From positions 4,392,722 through 4,456,721 of the forward strand of contig OZ037766.1 in assembly GCA_964035545.1 (NCBI GenBank): DNA of 64,000 nucleotides, written 5' to 3'. Position 1 is the stretch's first letter. Each line of letters starts with the position of its first letter. Of the stretch, positions 13,601 through 26,005 are shown piece by piece. Origin of the DNA: Bugula neritina (Eukaryota > Animalia > Bryozoa). A model generated the notes under the pieces. The model did no database searches. It saw nothing but the letters and a program-made list of their open reading frames with translations, and was not told the origin of the DNA. The translations under genes were made by a program, and so were the position numbers.

Positions 13601-16600
13601 AATACAATATTTTGTTTGATATTAAAGATGTGTAAGTGTATAATAAACCTAATACTGTCAACACCAGTACATTCTAATAACATAACATAATTAGTAATGA
13701 TGAATGTTGGACACATTGGTCACCCTTTGTATGGTTTATGAATGGCTAACAGGAAATCCTATATATTACATACTGCAAGCATTTTATATGTATGGTATAC
13801 ATGTTTATCATGAGATATATTGGGCTCACTTCCAACGACTGTTGAGGAGTAAGTCATCCGAGAATCCATATCTGGAAAAGAACGGAGCAGCTTCGGTCTC
13901 AGCGTGTACCACCACCGCCTCGTGCCGCCCAGAGATATTTACATCTTTCACTTTCTATAAATATTAAGAAATTTGTGTAACAGCAGCTACAGTACCACAA
14001 GCAAGTAGAAGGGATAAACATAATGCTGTACAGTTTAATATGTATACTATAAGTGCGAATGGCAGTGAATTAATTTATTCCACCCAGCTGTCAACTTTGT
14101 GAGTAAAAAAGACAACTCCTTTCATATTATGGGATGAAAATATACAGGATTGAAACCATCTGGAAGTCATCCAAAAACTAGTTGAAAACCAGAAACAAAA
14201 CATTTGGGTAAAAATCTGCATGAGACTAAACTTTTAAATGCAGAGTATAATAATAGAAGTGTATGTATTCCATGCATATACATGTATGCATATTACATGT
14301 TGTATAACCGCAGAGTAGAACATCCTAGTAGAAATCACTCACTTCTAAGAGATATTTTCCTAACCCAAGACGTCTGAACCTCTTCCTTATAGTAAGTAAT
14401 GTTAAATGGGTGATCTTTTCGCCAGTTTTTCTAAAGTACAACACAAAGTTGATACATTTTATACTTAAAATGTATTACCGTATAAATAGCCAACTAAACA
14501 CCAAATAGCAATATATGTGCTATACTACAGGGGTAGAAGGAAGGAGTTAACTACTACGCTTGCTGACCGTATAGCACATGACAGAGAGTATATTAATATG
14601 GATATTTTTATTTCCATTATATTTATTGTAGCATGAGAAACCACTTTTCAACATATCATGATAATTTAATAATTACGATAATAAAATTATCACTTTGATA
14701 AACTATAGATTGTGTGTTTTATAAGTGCCAACAAATTACATTATTCAGAATTGAGGAGTTGTCTTCTACTAGTGAATTGGAATATTAGGAGTTGTTTTAT
14801 TATGGCTAATAATATTAGTGGGAGTATTTACATAGATATTTGAGAAGAAATCAATGTTGTGACATTTAAGAAATACAATTGCCATTGACGAAAGTAATCT
14901 GTAAATTACTAATTTATTTTATGACGATATGTGTTACAGACGGAAGAGTATACAGCCTTTTAGAGAGGCTGATTGAACTAAGCCAATTCAAGTAGATAAA
15001 ATCAATTACTTTCCAATCAAAATACAATATGCATGCATTTTTCAATTCGGTGCCTGTTTATTTGCTCTACTTAGTCTAATACGGAAAGAGTAGGTGGAAA
15101 AATAAGTCTCATTGAAAAAGTCTATGACGAAAAACTGCAGAATTTATAAAACAACAAGCTCAAGCCTCAACAGGCACCTGAAAAATTAATGTTGAGATCG
15201 GTAAAATGTTTAGGCTAGGGCCACACGGCGCAGATTTACCACATGCGGGTCCAAATAATTGAAAATCTGTTGCGGGAACGACCTGCCACACACAATGCAT
15301 TGGTTGTGGGTGGAGAAATTTTTTAGCTAATTATCTTGGCATTTAAATCTACTGCTTGCCTACAGGTGTTTGTTTTTAAATCTACGTCATCGGCAAAGCC
15401 ACTTCAGATATTATAAAAGCGGAAATGCAAACTATATGAAACTGTTTTAGGTTAGTTCGATAAAAATTGAAAATTAAAAAAGTGTGCTCCCTAATGGAAA
15501 CTAGCCAATTAGATCATGCCCGCTCGAGCTTTCTGCACTCTCTGCTCGGCATGTTATCCGCATACAACAGCTCATTTTTGGGCTAGACAGGTTTCTCGCC
15601 CAAGTAATCCGAGCCGTGTGGCCCTACCCTAAGTATACTTGGCACATAATGTACAGACACACACATATTGAAAGTATTTACACAAGTAATTCCTTACATA
15701 TACTTCCTGTCAAAGGTGCACGCTGCTATAACTCTGTTCTCAGGTCCAACATGGTTGAGACTAAATGGACCTGAATGGCTCAAGCGCGACTTGCGACGTG
15801 CTGTAGCTTGCTGGAGGTAAGTGTTTATACCTTTAGAATAATCGTCATCGTCGTCGTCATCACTACAAGTAAACGTTAGACAACTGTTGAGAAAGATAAG
15901 GAGAGCACAACTTCTCACCTAAAGAAGTGCTTACAGGGAGGTGAAACTAATGCCTATTTGGAGAATAGAAAACTACAATAATAGTACACTTATATTTGTT
16001 ATATAAGGTATTTATACTCCTGCAATAAATGTGCTAGCTATATGTTATTGTGTTTAATATTTTTATTTTAAATGTACAGAAAAAGTAAACAACTCCACGC
16101 AATACATAACTTGGCTACTAATTAGCGTTTGCATTGACAGCAATAGTGTAACACTTGCAGACTGAAAGGGTATTGTTTTGCTATAAGAGAAGAGATCCCT
16201 GGTGAATTACTTTTGCTAAAGTAAGCTTACGCGTGCAATGGGCATGTGTAATGTTTTAGGTATATATTCTAAAGATTGCTTGAAGACAGCAAATAGAGTC
16301 ATTAAACGGCAGCAAGTATAGTCAAGGGACATATTTCCTGTGTAGTCTGGCACTCTTTGTTCCCTGAGGTACTAAATGTTATCTACTCAGACCGGATTTA
16401 TCTGTTAATATCCATTAAACTCCCAACAGCAAGGCAATGACACAACCTGCTAAAACGTTCAGCTTAAATGTCAAGAGACAAAAGCTTCCGTTAAAAAATC
16501 AATTACTTACAGTTGTAGAAGTGGTAGAAAAAATATTATAGTGTTAATTTCTAATACAGTGTAAATTCTAGACGTGCATAGAGCTGTGTTATAGTGTTAA

Positions 16601-19330
16601 CATATATGGCATACACTGCATATGCTACCAGCTTACAGTTGAGTTTATACAGCTAATGAGGCATTAGTCTTATAGTGCAAACAGAATACAGTGTATAGCA
16701 AATATGTCTGAATTATCCCACAATATTGGCTGAATAAACAGCGTGCATTGATAATTGGCATATACTATTTTATTAGAAACAGCATGAGTGTGTTATTTAT
16801 AAAAGTAGGATATACTAATGATGAAGATATATAAATCCATAATAATAATTGGATATAAGCGGGTAAATTGTAAGAGTAGTCTACTCAACGTGGGAAAGTC
16901 TAACTTGTTTTATTCCTTTTTGGTAAAATAATAAGTGTTAAAGTAGGATACTAAGTATTTTACATGCTAATAATGGTACACTAAACTCTAGTATGGAAGG
17001 AGAGTTACAATAAATTAGCCAGCCTTACAACATGACTATAATACTAGACATGCACCTTCAACCACCATGAAAACTTTACACTGGAAATTTTATAAACGAA
17101 GCCAAAGGTTGTAAATGCATGAAAGATTGCATTGGTTGATAGTCACCATCTCTAGAAGAACCCCTGATGGAAAAATTTGTTAAATCAGGCTAAAGACTTG
17201 CGTTCTACTCTTGCAAAGGAGCAATTATGATTGGATGCCTTTCCTAACATCACCAATGGCCTTTACTGGAATTCGAACCCCTGATCTTGTGTTTACTAAG
17301 CCAGTGCTCAAAACAATTAGACCATTAGACCACTGCCGCTCCCTTTTTTCAACAGAAGACTAGTGCAGTGTAACTAAACTATCACTGCGTCCCCATGCTT
17401 TGAGTTACGGATTTTTCATTCAATGCATGGGAACAGCGTCAACCGAATGAAAGCACAACCCTAGGTTAACGAAACCGCAAATTCCTCCACATGAGCATCC
17501 CAAACGGATCCATTTAAAGTATGGACATGTGGTATATGAGTAGATAGATTCGTCATTGCAATACCACTCATAGCCTACCTATCATCTTCCTCTTCAGTCT
17601 CTGAGTCACTGTAGCAAGGCGCAAACGTGGAGGGTGGGGGATCAGGAGCCCGATATTTGTCTTCTCCTGATAGGTGCACTCTCATGTCTGAGATATCAAT
17701 GTGACTATACTTCAGATCTACTTTACACAGACTGTGGTCATCTCTTCTCTTCTCAAACTCCAGAAAAACATCTGAGTATAAACATAAATTATTAGAGCGC
17801 ACAAGATATGTAAAATAATTTTGCTCCCACTGGGATTCGAACCGGAGACCTCCGGCTTGCAAGCAAGTGTGCTAACCATTACACCACGGGGACCACTGGG
17901 TAAACTCAACACTACAGATATAACAGCAGCATTTCTATGCAAAACATAAAATGTGACTAGATGTTATAAATGTATACATATTACAAAAACATTAATTCTT
18001 TTTCGAAAATGTTTAAAATTATACATAAAATTGAATTAAAATAAAAATTAAGATCCACACTAAACAGGCAGTTAAATAACATTATAGTGATCTTTTGAGT
18101 TCAAATCTATATTCTATCTGCTACATGATTTTTGTTATGCACAGCATTCATTGAAAATGTTATCAATAATTGTTAAAAGTAAATTCAATAATTTAGTCCT
18201 AAATTAAAATACTCAAATAAAAAAGTCAACATAGCTCTCATTTGGATCACCAGCAGACAGCTCACAAACTTTGTTAATGGTTTGAAAACTATAATTTAAA
18301 GATGTGACAGTTGACTATTTTACCTTTAACATCTCTGACTAGAATGATAGTTTTAGCCCATTTACTACAGACAGTAGAGTAGATGACATCTGGAGTGAGT
18401 TCAGTCAGACTCGTGTCATAAAGACCAACAACTGCATGAAGCAAGTCCCTGTTGCTTATCTACAGTAGCACACATGCAGTTAGACTGTGAGTAAAAGAGT
18501 GAGTGATGACTGGTTACTAGTCAATAGTGTTTCTGCTACTAGACAAAGCACTAACAGGAAATTCTAATAAAACTAAAGCTATCAAATAAATGTAACAAAA
18601 AATGTCAATTAACAAACAATATTTATATTTTTCTACATTTCTGTATATTGGGATATTTTCACCATAATAATATTTTAGCGAATTTGAATTTAAACTAAAC
18701 TTGAAAGATATAACTTCAACAACCAAATGTTGCAAATAAAAAACAAAACATTAACTGAAAGCAAAAATAATCATCTGGGACCTAGGTTAAAACTTTATTT
18801 ATAATTTCCTTTATATGCATAACATAACTATAGATGCAATTATAATGCCTTGTAAGTTGTTGAACTTAAACTCAAGTTTTTTTACACCAAAAGGTTATAA
18901 AGAAGTATTATGATAATGTAAGATATTACAATGTATTTTATATTCTTTTCATAAGGGGTCGTCTCCCTTTGTTACCTCAGTCTGATTTTGTTAGTTAGAA
19001 ATAGGCTAATATATAATTTTGCTGCAAAACAAAAGATAACCAAACGTTGAATAGCCTACTCACCCCAGAAACAACTGGATTGCTATCATTGCCGTGCTTT
19101 TCTTGCTGCATTAATCTGTAGAAATCTACCATTATCGGTGTCACACTTAAGTTGGTGTTGTTAGCTGTCAATGTTTCTAAATTTCTTTTAGGTTCTAATT
19201 TAAATCTGTTCATTGTAATGCTAGAAGCAAATTCTTTAATATTGTCTTCTTTAATTCCAACATTGACATCAGCCATTGGAGGTATATCATCATTTTCCGT
19301 TTCCATTTTTAATGAATCTACTTTTTTCAT
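7673..19330 (-). CDS. Uncharacterised GCN5-like GNAT acetyltransferase + coiled coil + PARP-like ADP-ribosyltransferase-fold protein; 15 exons (19330-19064, 18459-18324, 17771-17579, 15862-15698, 14430-14343, 13954-13830, 13366-13241, 12882-12798, 12169-12028, 11714-11559, 9865-9690, 9195-9042, 8743-8670, 8257-8153, 7810-7673), ~709 aa
   Basis: All 14 GT-AG introns join in frame with no stop. GNAT: LYDTSLTELTPDVIYSTVCSKWAKTIILVRD ... RVIAACTF ... ITHLTLLTIRKRFRRLGLGKYLL (motif A RxxGxG) ... VVHAETEAAPFFSRYGFS (motif B). Coiled coil: IIERMKSEMIRLRSMVSSQDDVIRDLQAKVSQLETEKLKTENQL. ART: KLYYCGS...ILKNGF...GDYGKGLYFS...VLVAEVIVG...EYVIYDTNQALPLDLIEF. Confidence 0.85.
10244..10456 (-). mobile_element. 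tRNA-derived SINE (family A) with 17-bp target-site duplication
   Basis: Minus strand starts GGGAGCAGCCGTGGTCTAGGGGTTAGAGC (tRNA head/A-box) and has core TTGGTGATGTTAGGAAGAGCATCCAG. Flanked by tttcactatRcaactaa at 10227-10243 and 10457-10473. Second copy at 17136-17343. Confidence 0.8.
11668..11810. repeat. 69-bp tandem duplication spanning the acceptor of exon 10 of the GNAT-ART gene
   Basis: taaagtgtcagatgatgtgaatgtgtcactgta at 11668 and 11737. Confidence 0.9.
15213..15629. mobile_element. MITE, PIF/Harbinger (Tourist)-like
   Basis: Terminal inverted repeats GGCTAGGGCCACACGG.../...CCGTGTGGCCCTACCC flanked by TTA/TAA; ~417 bp, non-coding. Confidence 0.72.
17136..17343 (-). mobile_element. 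tRNA-derived SINE (family A), second copy
   Basis: Aligns to 10256-10456 (tcctaacatcaccaatggccttt identical); B-box GGTTCGAATTCC on the minus strand. Confidence 0.78.
17823..17913 (-). mobile_element. tRNA-derived repeat (family B) / degenerate tRNA
   Basis: A-box TGGTGTAATGGT and B-box GGTTCGAATCC, but T-stem and anticodon stem are broken; homologous copy at 25908-26005. Confidence 0.65.
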
Positions 19331-20417
19331 TCAGTCGAGTGTATAACTATAAAAAAAACACAAGTAAAATGTACTTATAATGAATACAGCCTGTATTTTT
19401 ATAAGCTATACAGAAATAACAAACAAGCTGTATTTTGAGTTTGATAGTACAGAAATAAATACATTCTTTTTGCTTTTATAATAAAAAGCTCAAACCCAAA
19501 TAGCAAAGTTGAGGTCAGAGTGAAAGTATCAATGTAGAATTCAATCTCAAATTTAAACTGGCTACAAAGCAATATTTTATTTGTTTTGCCTGTTACATTT
19601 ACACTCATTAATCAGTGTTGGTTGTCATATTTTTGTTCATTGTCAATATAAATATGTATGGATGTAAATATCTCAACCTGCAAACTATGCAATATAGTAA
19701 ACCAGCATCTCATAAGTGGTGAATAATCAAATAAATTGTGAGTAAGTTTTTCTATTAAAATAACTATAAGAAATCTTATTTGAGTATGTTCATCCGTCAT
19801 TTTATCATTGTGATTATGTGCATAATTACTTTTAGTACTACTACTGTAATATTTTTAGTACTAGTAGTACTTACCAATGTTTATCAAACTTATTATTATA
19901 TCAATATTTGAATGCTCATAATTTTTACAGTTAGTAAAAATCATAATGTTGCAACTATGCCTATGTTCTAATTCTACTAACTTCTCCAAAAAATGTTAAA
20001 CTAAAACTCAATAACTTGTATTTACTCTAAATCACTAAAAGTAAAAGTAAATGATTAACTAATTTAGTAATTATTTAAAACGAAATGTTAAATAATTGCC
20101 TGCAATTTACTACTAACACTCGTACTAGCAAATTACTCAAACTCAAACTAAAAATCTAAAAGTAAAGGTGAATTAAACTTACACTTACAGGTTAAAATTT
20201 AGTTTTACTTTTAGTTTTACATGTACTTGTAGAGACAGTCACTGTCAGTGTCAGCGACTGTGAGTCACGAGTGAAGTCAAATTGACTCTAGTCATCGCTA
20301 GACTAGCCTAGAATAATTTATCGTTTGACTAGTTTAAACATTCATTTGACTCGCTTCAACTATGGATCAGCGGTGAAATTACAAGTAGCAGTTGAACACC
20401 AAACACAGGCAGTTGCA

Positions 20418-20624
20418 ACTTACTCACGGATCACCATCATGATTATGATGGTAATTATTCTGACTTAACTACCAGTTTAACAAAGCAGATCCGCAGTCAA
20501 TAGTTATCATCGGGTTATTGGGTGAATAAAGCTTAAACGTTGATGCCCAGCATACGCGAGAGCGAGAACTTTCTTTCTTTTCCGGTTTCCATCTAGAGAG
20601 TTGTTGAGCCGGTGTGCTGTGAGT
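20418..20624. promoter_or_regulatory. Bidirectional promoter between the GNAT-ART gene and EEF1D, with EEF1D 5'TOP tract
   Basis: Minus-strand donors GTGAGT/GTAAGT at 20418-20427. Plus-strand pyrimidine tract CTTTCTTTCTTTTCC at 20569-20583 followed by a GTGAGT donor at 20619. Local CpG enrichment. Confidence 0.6.
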
Positions 20625-22146
20625 AACTTTATTTTAATTAATTGCCACGTAAGACCTTGTCTGTGCAAACAAATGTCTTTTGTCTCTTAATAATTTTAAC
20701 TTTTGTATATACTGATTAATTTTCATAGGGAACTGTTATTTTTTAAATGTTGCACAAAATGTCACGGTCATAGTGATACTGATACTGATAGTACAAGTAT
20801 TAGTTGAACGTGATATTTTTATTAATTTAAACTTGAATTCTTATTCAATTCAAATTTGCTGGTCATGTAATATAAATATATATGATATATTGTATGGTAT
20901 TGAAATTGAATACTATAACTAATTGGACTTGGTATATAATTATAATATTTTATAATTATTACAAAATAATATTTATATTGATAGTAACCGTAAGTGTAAC
21001 TGTTAGTGTGACTGTGACTTCATTTTATTTTAAATTTATGTACTTAATCTTAAAGTTGATGTTATAATAATTATTACTCTTACTATTAGTGTCAGACATA
21101 GTATAAATAAGTATTTGACTAGCACTTACTCTAAGTTTATGTCGCAGAATCAGGCTAGCAATAGTATTAGTAGCAACTAACACAGACTCCAAATCAAAGT
21201 AATTTAGTATAAGTCTTGCTCTTTTAAACTTAAGAGTTATAGTTATACATATAACTATAAGTTAAAGGTTGCGTTTCATTCACTGCAACTGTTCGTTATG
21301 TTGATGTTAGTTTATGCTAAAGGTATTGCTATAGATTACTTGTACTCTTAGATTATTGCATTAATCATTGATTGTTTAATCGTGATGTACTTTTAATATG
21401 GAATTGGGTGACACTGATTCCTATAACCAAGACCAAGTGAATATAAACATCAGATTCAATGTCACCAGCTTTCACTTCATTTATTTTTTTTCATCATCTT
21501 GTTACACTATAGTTGTTGTAAATTAATAGTAGTGCTTTAGAATCTTGGTCTTCTAATTGTTTCAAATCTAATAGTCCAACAAAGCAATTTTTGCTCTAAT
21601 TGAATTGATATTCTCTAATAGTCACTGTTTCTTTAGGACAGTTCCTGTCACAATCACTGCGATTCATCGACATGTCTCTTTCTTTCACTCAGCTCTGTCC
21701 AAATCATCCTCTTTCTACCTCTAAGCCACAGCCATAGTAATTGGTATTGTATGAGTTAGGTTTCAGATTATTTCTGCATTTTCATGTTGTTTCCCAAGAA
21801 ATTCAGCCATAGCTATATATAAATCAACTGTTAGTGGTGATAATGAAAAGGCTAAGTCAAATTTAATTAGGTATTTAGAAGTGGATTGGTTAATCTGTTT
21901 TGGGAGTTGGATAGTTTGTGGTCACTTAATATCAATTCATAGGTGCTGCTTTTTATCCTTGGCATGATTTTTTGTGTGGTTGGAACAGTTGCTGGCACCT
22001 CACAAAATCAAAAGTTTGTTTCTGAGGCTACATATCTTGACAACAGCTCAAAATAGTTGAAAAATAACTTCCTTTTCAAAAATTTCTGGTGTCTTTTGTA
22101 GAAGTTGTCAGTGTAGCTTGCCAGCAAACTGTAATATCCAACCACC

Positions 22147-23870
22147 ATGGCTTGTCCTTTGGCTACTGAGAAAATCTGGTTTGATAGGGCAAGAGTTGAG
22201 GAAGCTGAGAGTAACTTCTATGCTCGAAAGTATAGTGGGGATAGTGCAGTCGCTCATGCTGTAAGACATATTTCTTTTTGTCAATAAGCTTGTCCGTCAT
22301 CTTGTAAACATAGCTAGTTGTGTTGATAGTGTTGCTGCACTTTTTGGTTGCCTTTTTTATCTACTGCCTCACACCTGTGGCTTGTCTTTTTTCCAGACTG
22401 CCGCAATTCTTGCTGAAATTAAAAACATAAAGGATCACATCCGGAATGCTCTAGTGAGTATATTCCACAGTGTTGTGCTGTTATATTTAGTTGCATGATA
22501 GACTCTCGTAGTTTCATCACTGTGATCTCAATCTGGGCAATCCAAAGCTCCTCTGTGTTTAATGAGCATATACTTTAGAGCTCACTCCATCTGCTGTCAT
22601 CAACTCCACACTCTCTTGTCTCTCATCTAATCTTTTGCTTCTGTAACAGTCAAAAACATCTCACACTATCAGAACCTGCAACCAGCTAATGTGCACTTGT
22701 ATACACACAGGGTGATTTATTCAACACAGAAGAAGAAGAAATCGACATGCAGCGGTTAGAAAAGCTCGAAAATGAAAACAATGCACTCCGTAAACTGATA
22801 GACTCTCTGGAGGCCAGGGTGGCAGCTCTAGAGTGTGGACCAGCAGCCCCTGCTGCCAAGGTAGTCACATGATACTGTAGTATACAAGCTAGTCACGTGA
22901 TAATATAGTAAACGTGGAGACGAAGTAGTCACGTGATACTATTATATAAAGCCGTGTGTTTGTAGCAAGAGACTAAACCAGCCCCAGCACCGGCAGCTAA
23001 AGAAGAGGATGAGGACAGCGACATTGATCTCTTCGGTTCAGATGACGAAGATGACGCCGAGGCAGAGAGGATCAGGCAAGAGAGGCTAGATGCTTATGCT
23101 GCCAAGAAGTCTAAGAAGCCTGGAGTCATCGCCAAAAGTAACATTATTTTAGATGTAAGTGTTGATTATTCCTGCCCTTTTCACTCCTGAGGGGGAAGTA
23201 AATACCCGGCCTCCAAATATAGGTAGGGTTGAACAGTAAAAAATATATCAGTAATAAAGGCTAGATGTTTCATCTACCTTCACTTAATTTGGGGCACTCA
23301 ATTAATAATTCCAGTGACCAGTCTCCTGTGTTTTGTCTTCAATATGAACCCCTTGTTTGGGCTGCAGATAGAATGCTATTTCAGGTTAAACCATGGGATG
23401 ATGAAACAGATCTGGCAGAGATGGAAAAAATGGTGCGTAGCGTCACTATGGACGGACTTCTGTGGGGAACAGCCAAACTGGTACCAGTTGGTTATGGTAT
23501 TAAAAAGTTACAGATCACCTGCGTAGTTGAAGACGATAAAGTTGGCACAGATGACCTTGAGGAGCACATTCTAGGCTTCGAAGATTTTGTAAGTTTTGCA
23601 GGAGTTGTCTCTCATTGCGCAGTGTACTACCACTTAAAGCTGAAAAACAATTATTGCAGCATGCACAAGTTGAATTCGTTTGATTCCCTCTAAAATGGTT
23701 TTGTCAAATAATTTCCAATCCTAAACTGATAGACTTGAAAACCTGTGTTGTTATTTTTCTATTACTGCATGTTATTACTGCCTATTTGTCCTCTAAACGC
23801 CTTTTTAAATGAATTCCCTGCATATTTTCAGGTACAAAGTATGGATGTGGTGGCATTCAACAAAATTTAA
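22147..23870 (+). CDS. EEF1D: Elongation factor 1-delta; exons 22147-22260, 22397-22453, 22711-22860, 22966-23154, 23385-23588, 23832-23870; 250 aa
   Basis: ACCACCATGG Kozak. [13 protein letters not shown] (delta-specific EKIWFD), leucine zipper [37 protein letters not shown], and GEF domain [17 protein letters not shown]...[12 protein letters not shown]. Confidence 0.96.
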
Positions 23871-25907
23871 ACATGGCTTCTGGTGGAAAGAATACGAAAA
23901 TGTGCAGGACTGAATACAATTCTATTGGCCAACACCTTCAGTGTGTCTCTTGTATCAAATAATGTGAATCTGTTCTATTTTGATGTCATTCTGTTAGAAT
24001 AAACCTGGTCTAAACAACAATCGCTTTTACCTTATCAGAGTTATAAATTTCTTGCTACCATTTACAATATAAATTATAATGCATTTTTAATTATAATTAC
24101 ATGTGGTTGTGCATAGCTGGGAAATGAGTTACTGCCTCACTCACTCTATGGTGACAGTGTTTTTCAATACATTCTATATAATATTATAGTGATGATAATA
24201 ACTAGGTCTGGAGATAGTTGAAGTCAGCAGGGCCTCTTATATAGATGGCTATCTGAATACTAAACAACTTTGCATGTATAATGTTTAGTGGTTGATGCTA
24301 TAGTAATTGTTGCAAGGAACATCTGAACATTGTTGTGGCTGGTAGATTTCATGTACCTACATCCCTTGTGTCTGAAGATATCACTAGATTAAATAATCCT
24401 TGAAGTTGATGTGCAGTTGCAACAAAACATGGTAATTGAACGGGGCCTGTAAGTGTTGCACCCACTGAACTGAAACTATAACCCTGGGGGTTATAGTTCA
24501 ATGGTTGCACCCCTCAAAGTCCTTTAGAATCTGCATAGATAAGGCCGTTGTTTCACTGCCTTTTCTACACAGCTGATGGGTTTTAACCAGTAGTATGCTT
24601 TCACAGGCTGAGTATGTAACCCTATCATGTATATACGAAAGCTCCACAATGTTTTGCTGATGGGCAAAACAAGTTGAATAATTCAAATTTGTATGCCATT
24701 AAATCAATGGTTCATAAAAGAAGGGGAGCAAAACTCCACTCTTTAGATTGGCAGTTGATAAAGTCTTCGAGTAAGACAAGCTGAAACAACTGCAATAAGT
24801 TGCGCAAGAGCCAGCTTCATTGATAAACTGCATGCCTGTAGTTTCAGGAATTAACTTCCCTTGTCACTTCATGCATTTAACTTTGAAGAGGATTTTTCGA
24901 GAAGTTCAGCAACACAATTAATTGGAACAGGTACAGGAAATTCCAAAAAAGCGCATATAATTATGTACATATTTTATTTATTAGAATGTATCTAATAACA
25001 TGAGCTTGTTGTTAACCATCACAAATCTGCACTTGAAATCATTTATTACAAATAATTTAACTATAATTTCTACATGGCAATTTCACAAGAAAAGCTCTAA
25101 GTTTTATAAAACTACATAGTTCAGATCATGCACAGGTTTTGTGTTATAACGCGCGTGAGGCAAGGAAACATAAAATATGTAGGAATTTTCATTGATTTAT
25201 TGTAATTTAATATAATCAATAGCAAGATATCTTCTGCTTTGACCTGGTTTTGCTGGAAGTATTGTTGTATAATTGACTAATTGTAGGTACCATTGTGTGC
25301 AACTAATTAATATCCAATAATATATATTGGTAAAAGCTCAGTTGTAACACTGCATATCCCACACATACTTCACAGTTGTGATTGCATCCAGAACACTTTG
25401 AAAAAGAGCTATAGGCATTATCTGTCAGTATTCATAACATGCAAATTTATTAAAATATTTTGAAGGTAGGTTTTACTGAGAAGTCTTGTACGTTGTTCAA
25501 CCTTTTGGTTTACTGATAGACTTCTTTACTGACACATTTTTGTTATTTGTGAAAAGAATACATGTTGATAATTTACATAATACTTTGTAATATTTTTAAG
25601 CAAACTGCACTAATAATTGGACAAGCTTCTTGACTTAGTTTACTATTTTCGAAAATACTGAATATAATATTTTTACTTTTTGACTTTTAATGTTCAGCAC
25701 ATAATCTTAAGCACTCACCATTGGCTGGTTTATTTTTATGGAATGAAATCTATGTTAATATTATAATTATTTATATGAGTTAATATTTTTCAGTACTGAA
25801 AAAAGCTTTTCTCAGCTTAAATTAATTGGGATAACATTCGGATTTAACAGACTATAGAATCTAATTTTTTGGTGTGGCACCACCCATGTTATCAGGCAAA
25901 TATTGCA

Positions 25908-26005
25908 GTGTTGAGTTCACCCAGTAGTCCCTGTGGTGTAATGGTTATTGCGACTGGCTAGCTTGCAAGCCAGAGGTCTTGGGTTTGAATCCCAGTTGGG
26001 GCAAA
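25908..26005 (+). mobile_element. tRNA-derived repeat (family B), second copy
   Basis: agtgttgagttcacccagtagtccctgtggtgtaatggtt...cttgcaagccagaggtcttgggtttgaatcccag matches the reverse complement of 17823-17913. Confidence 0.65.

Noticed and set aside
17823-17895. Functional tRNA gene
   Set aside because: T-stem and anticodon stem do not pair, and a diverged second copy with shared flank exists; treated as a repeat.
21637-21745. Extra coding exon (long EEF1D isoform)
   Set aside because: Cannot be spliced in frame to the ATG at 22147 (in-frame TAG upstream); at most a 5' UTR exon.
21380-22030. Intronic snoRNAs in the TOP gene EEF1D
   Set aside because: Only imperfect C boxes (GTGATGT, ATGATTT) and no convincing D-box/terminal stem or H/ACA pair; needs snoscan/Infernal.
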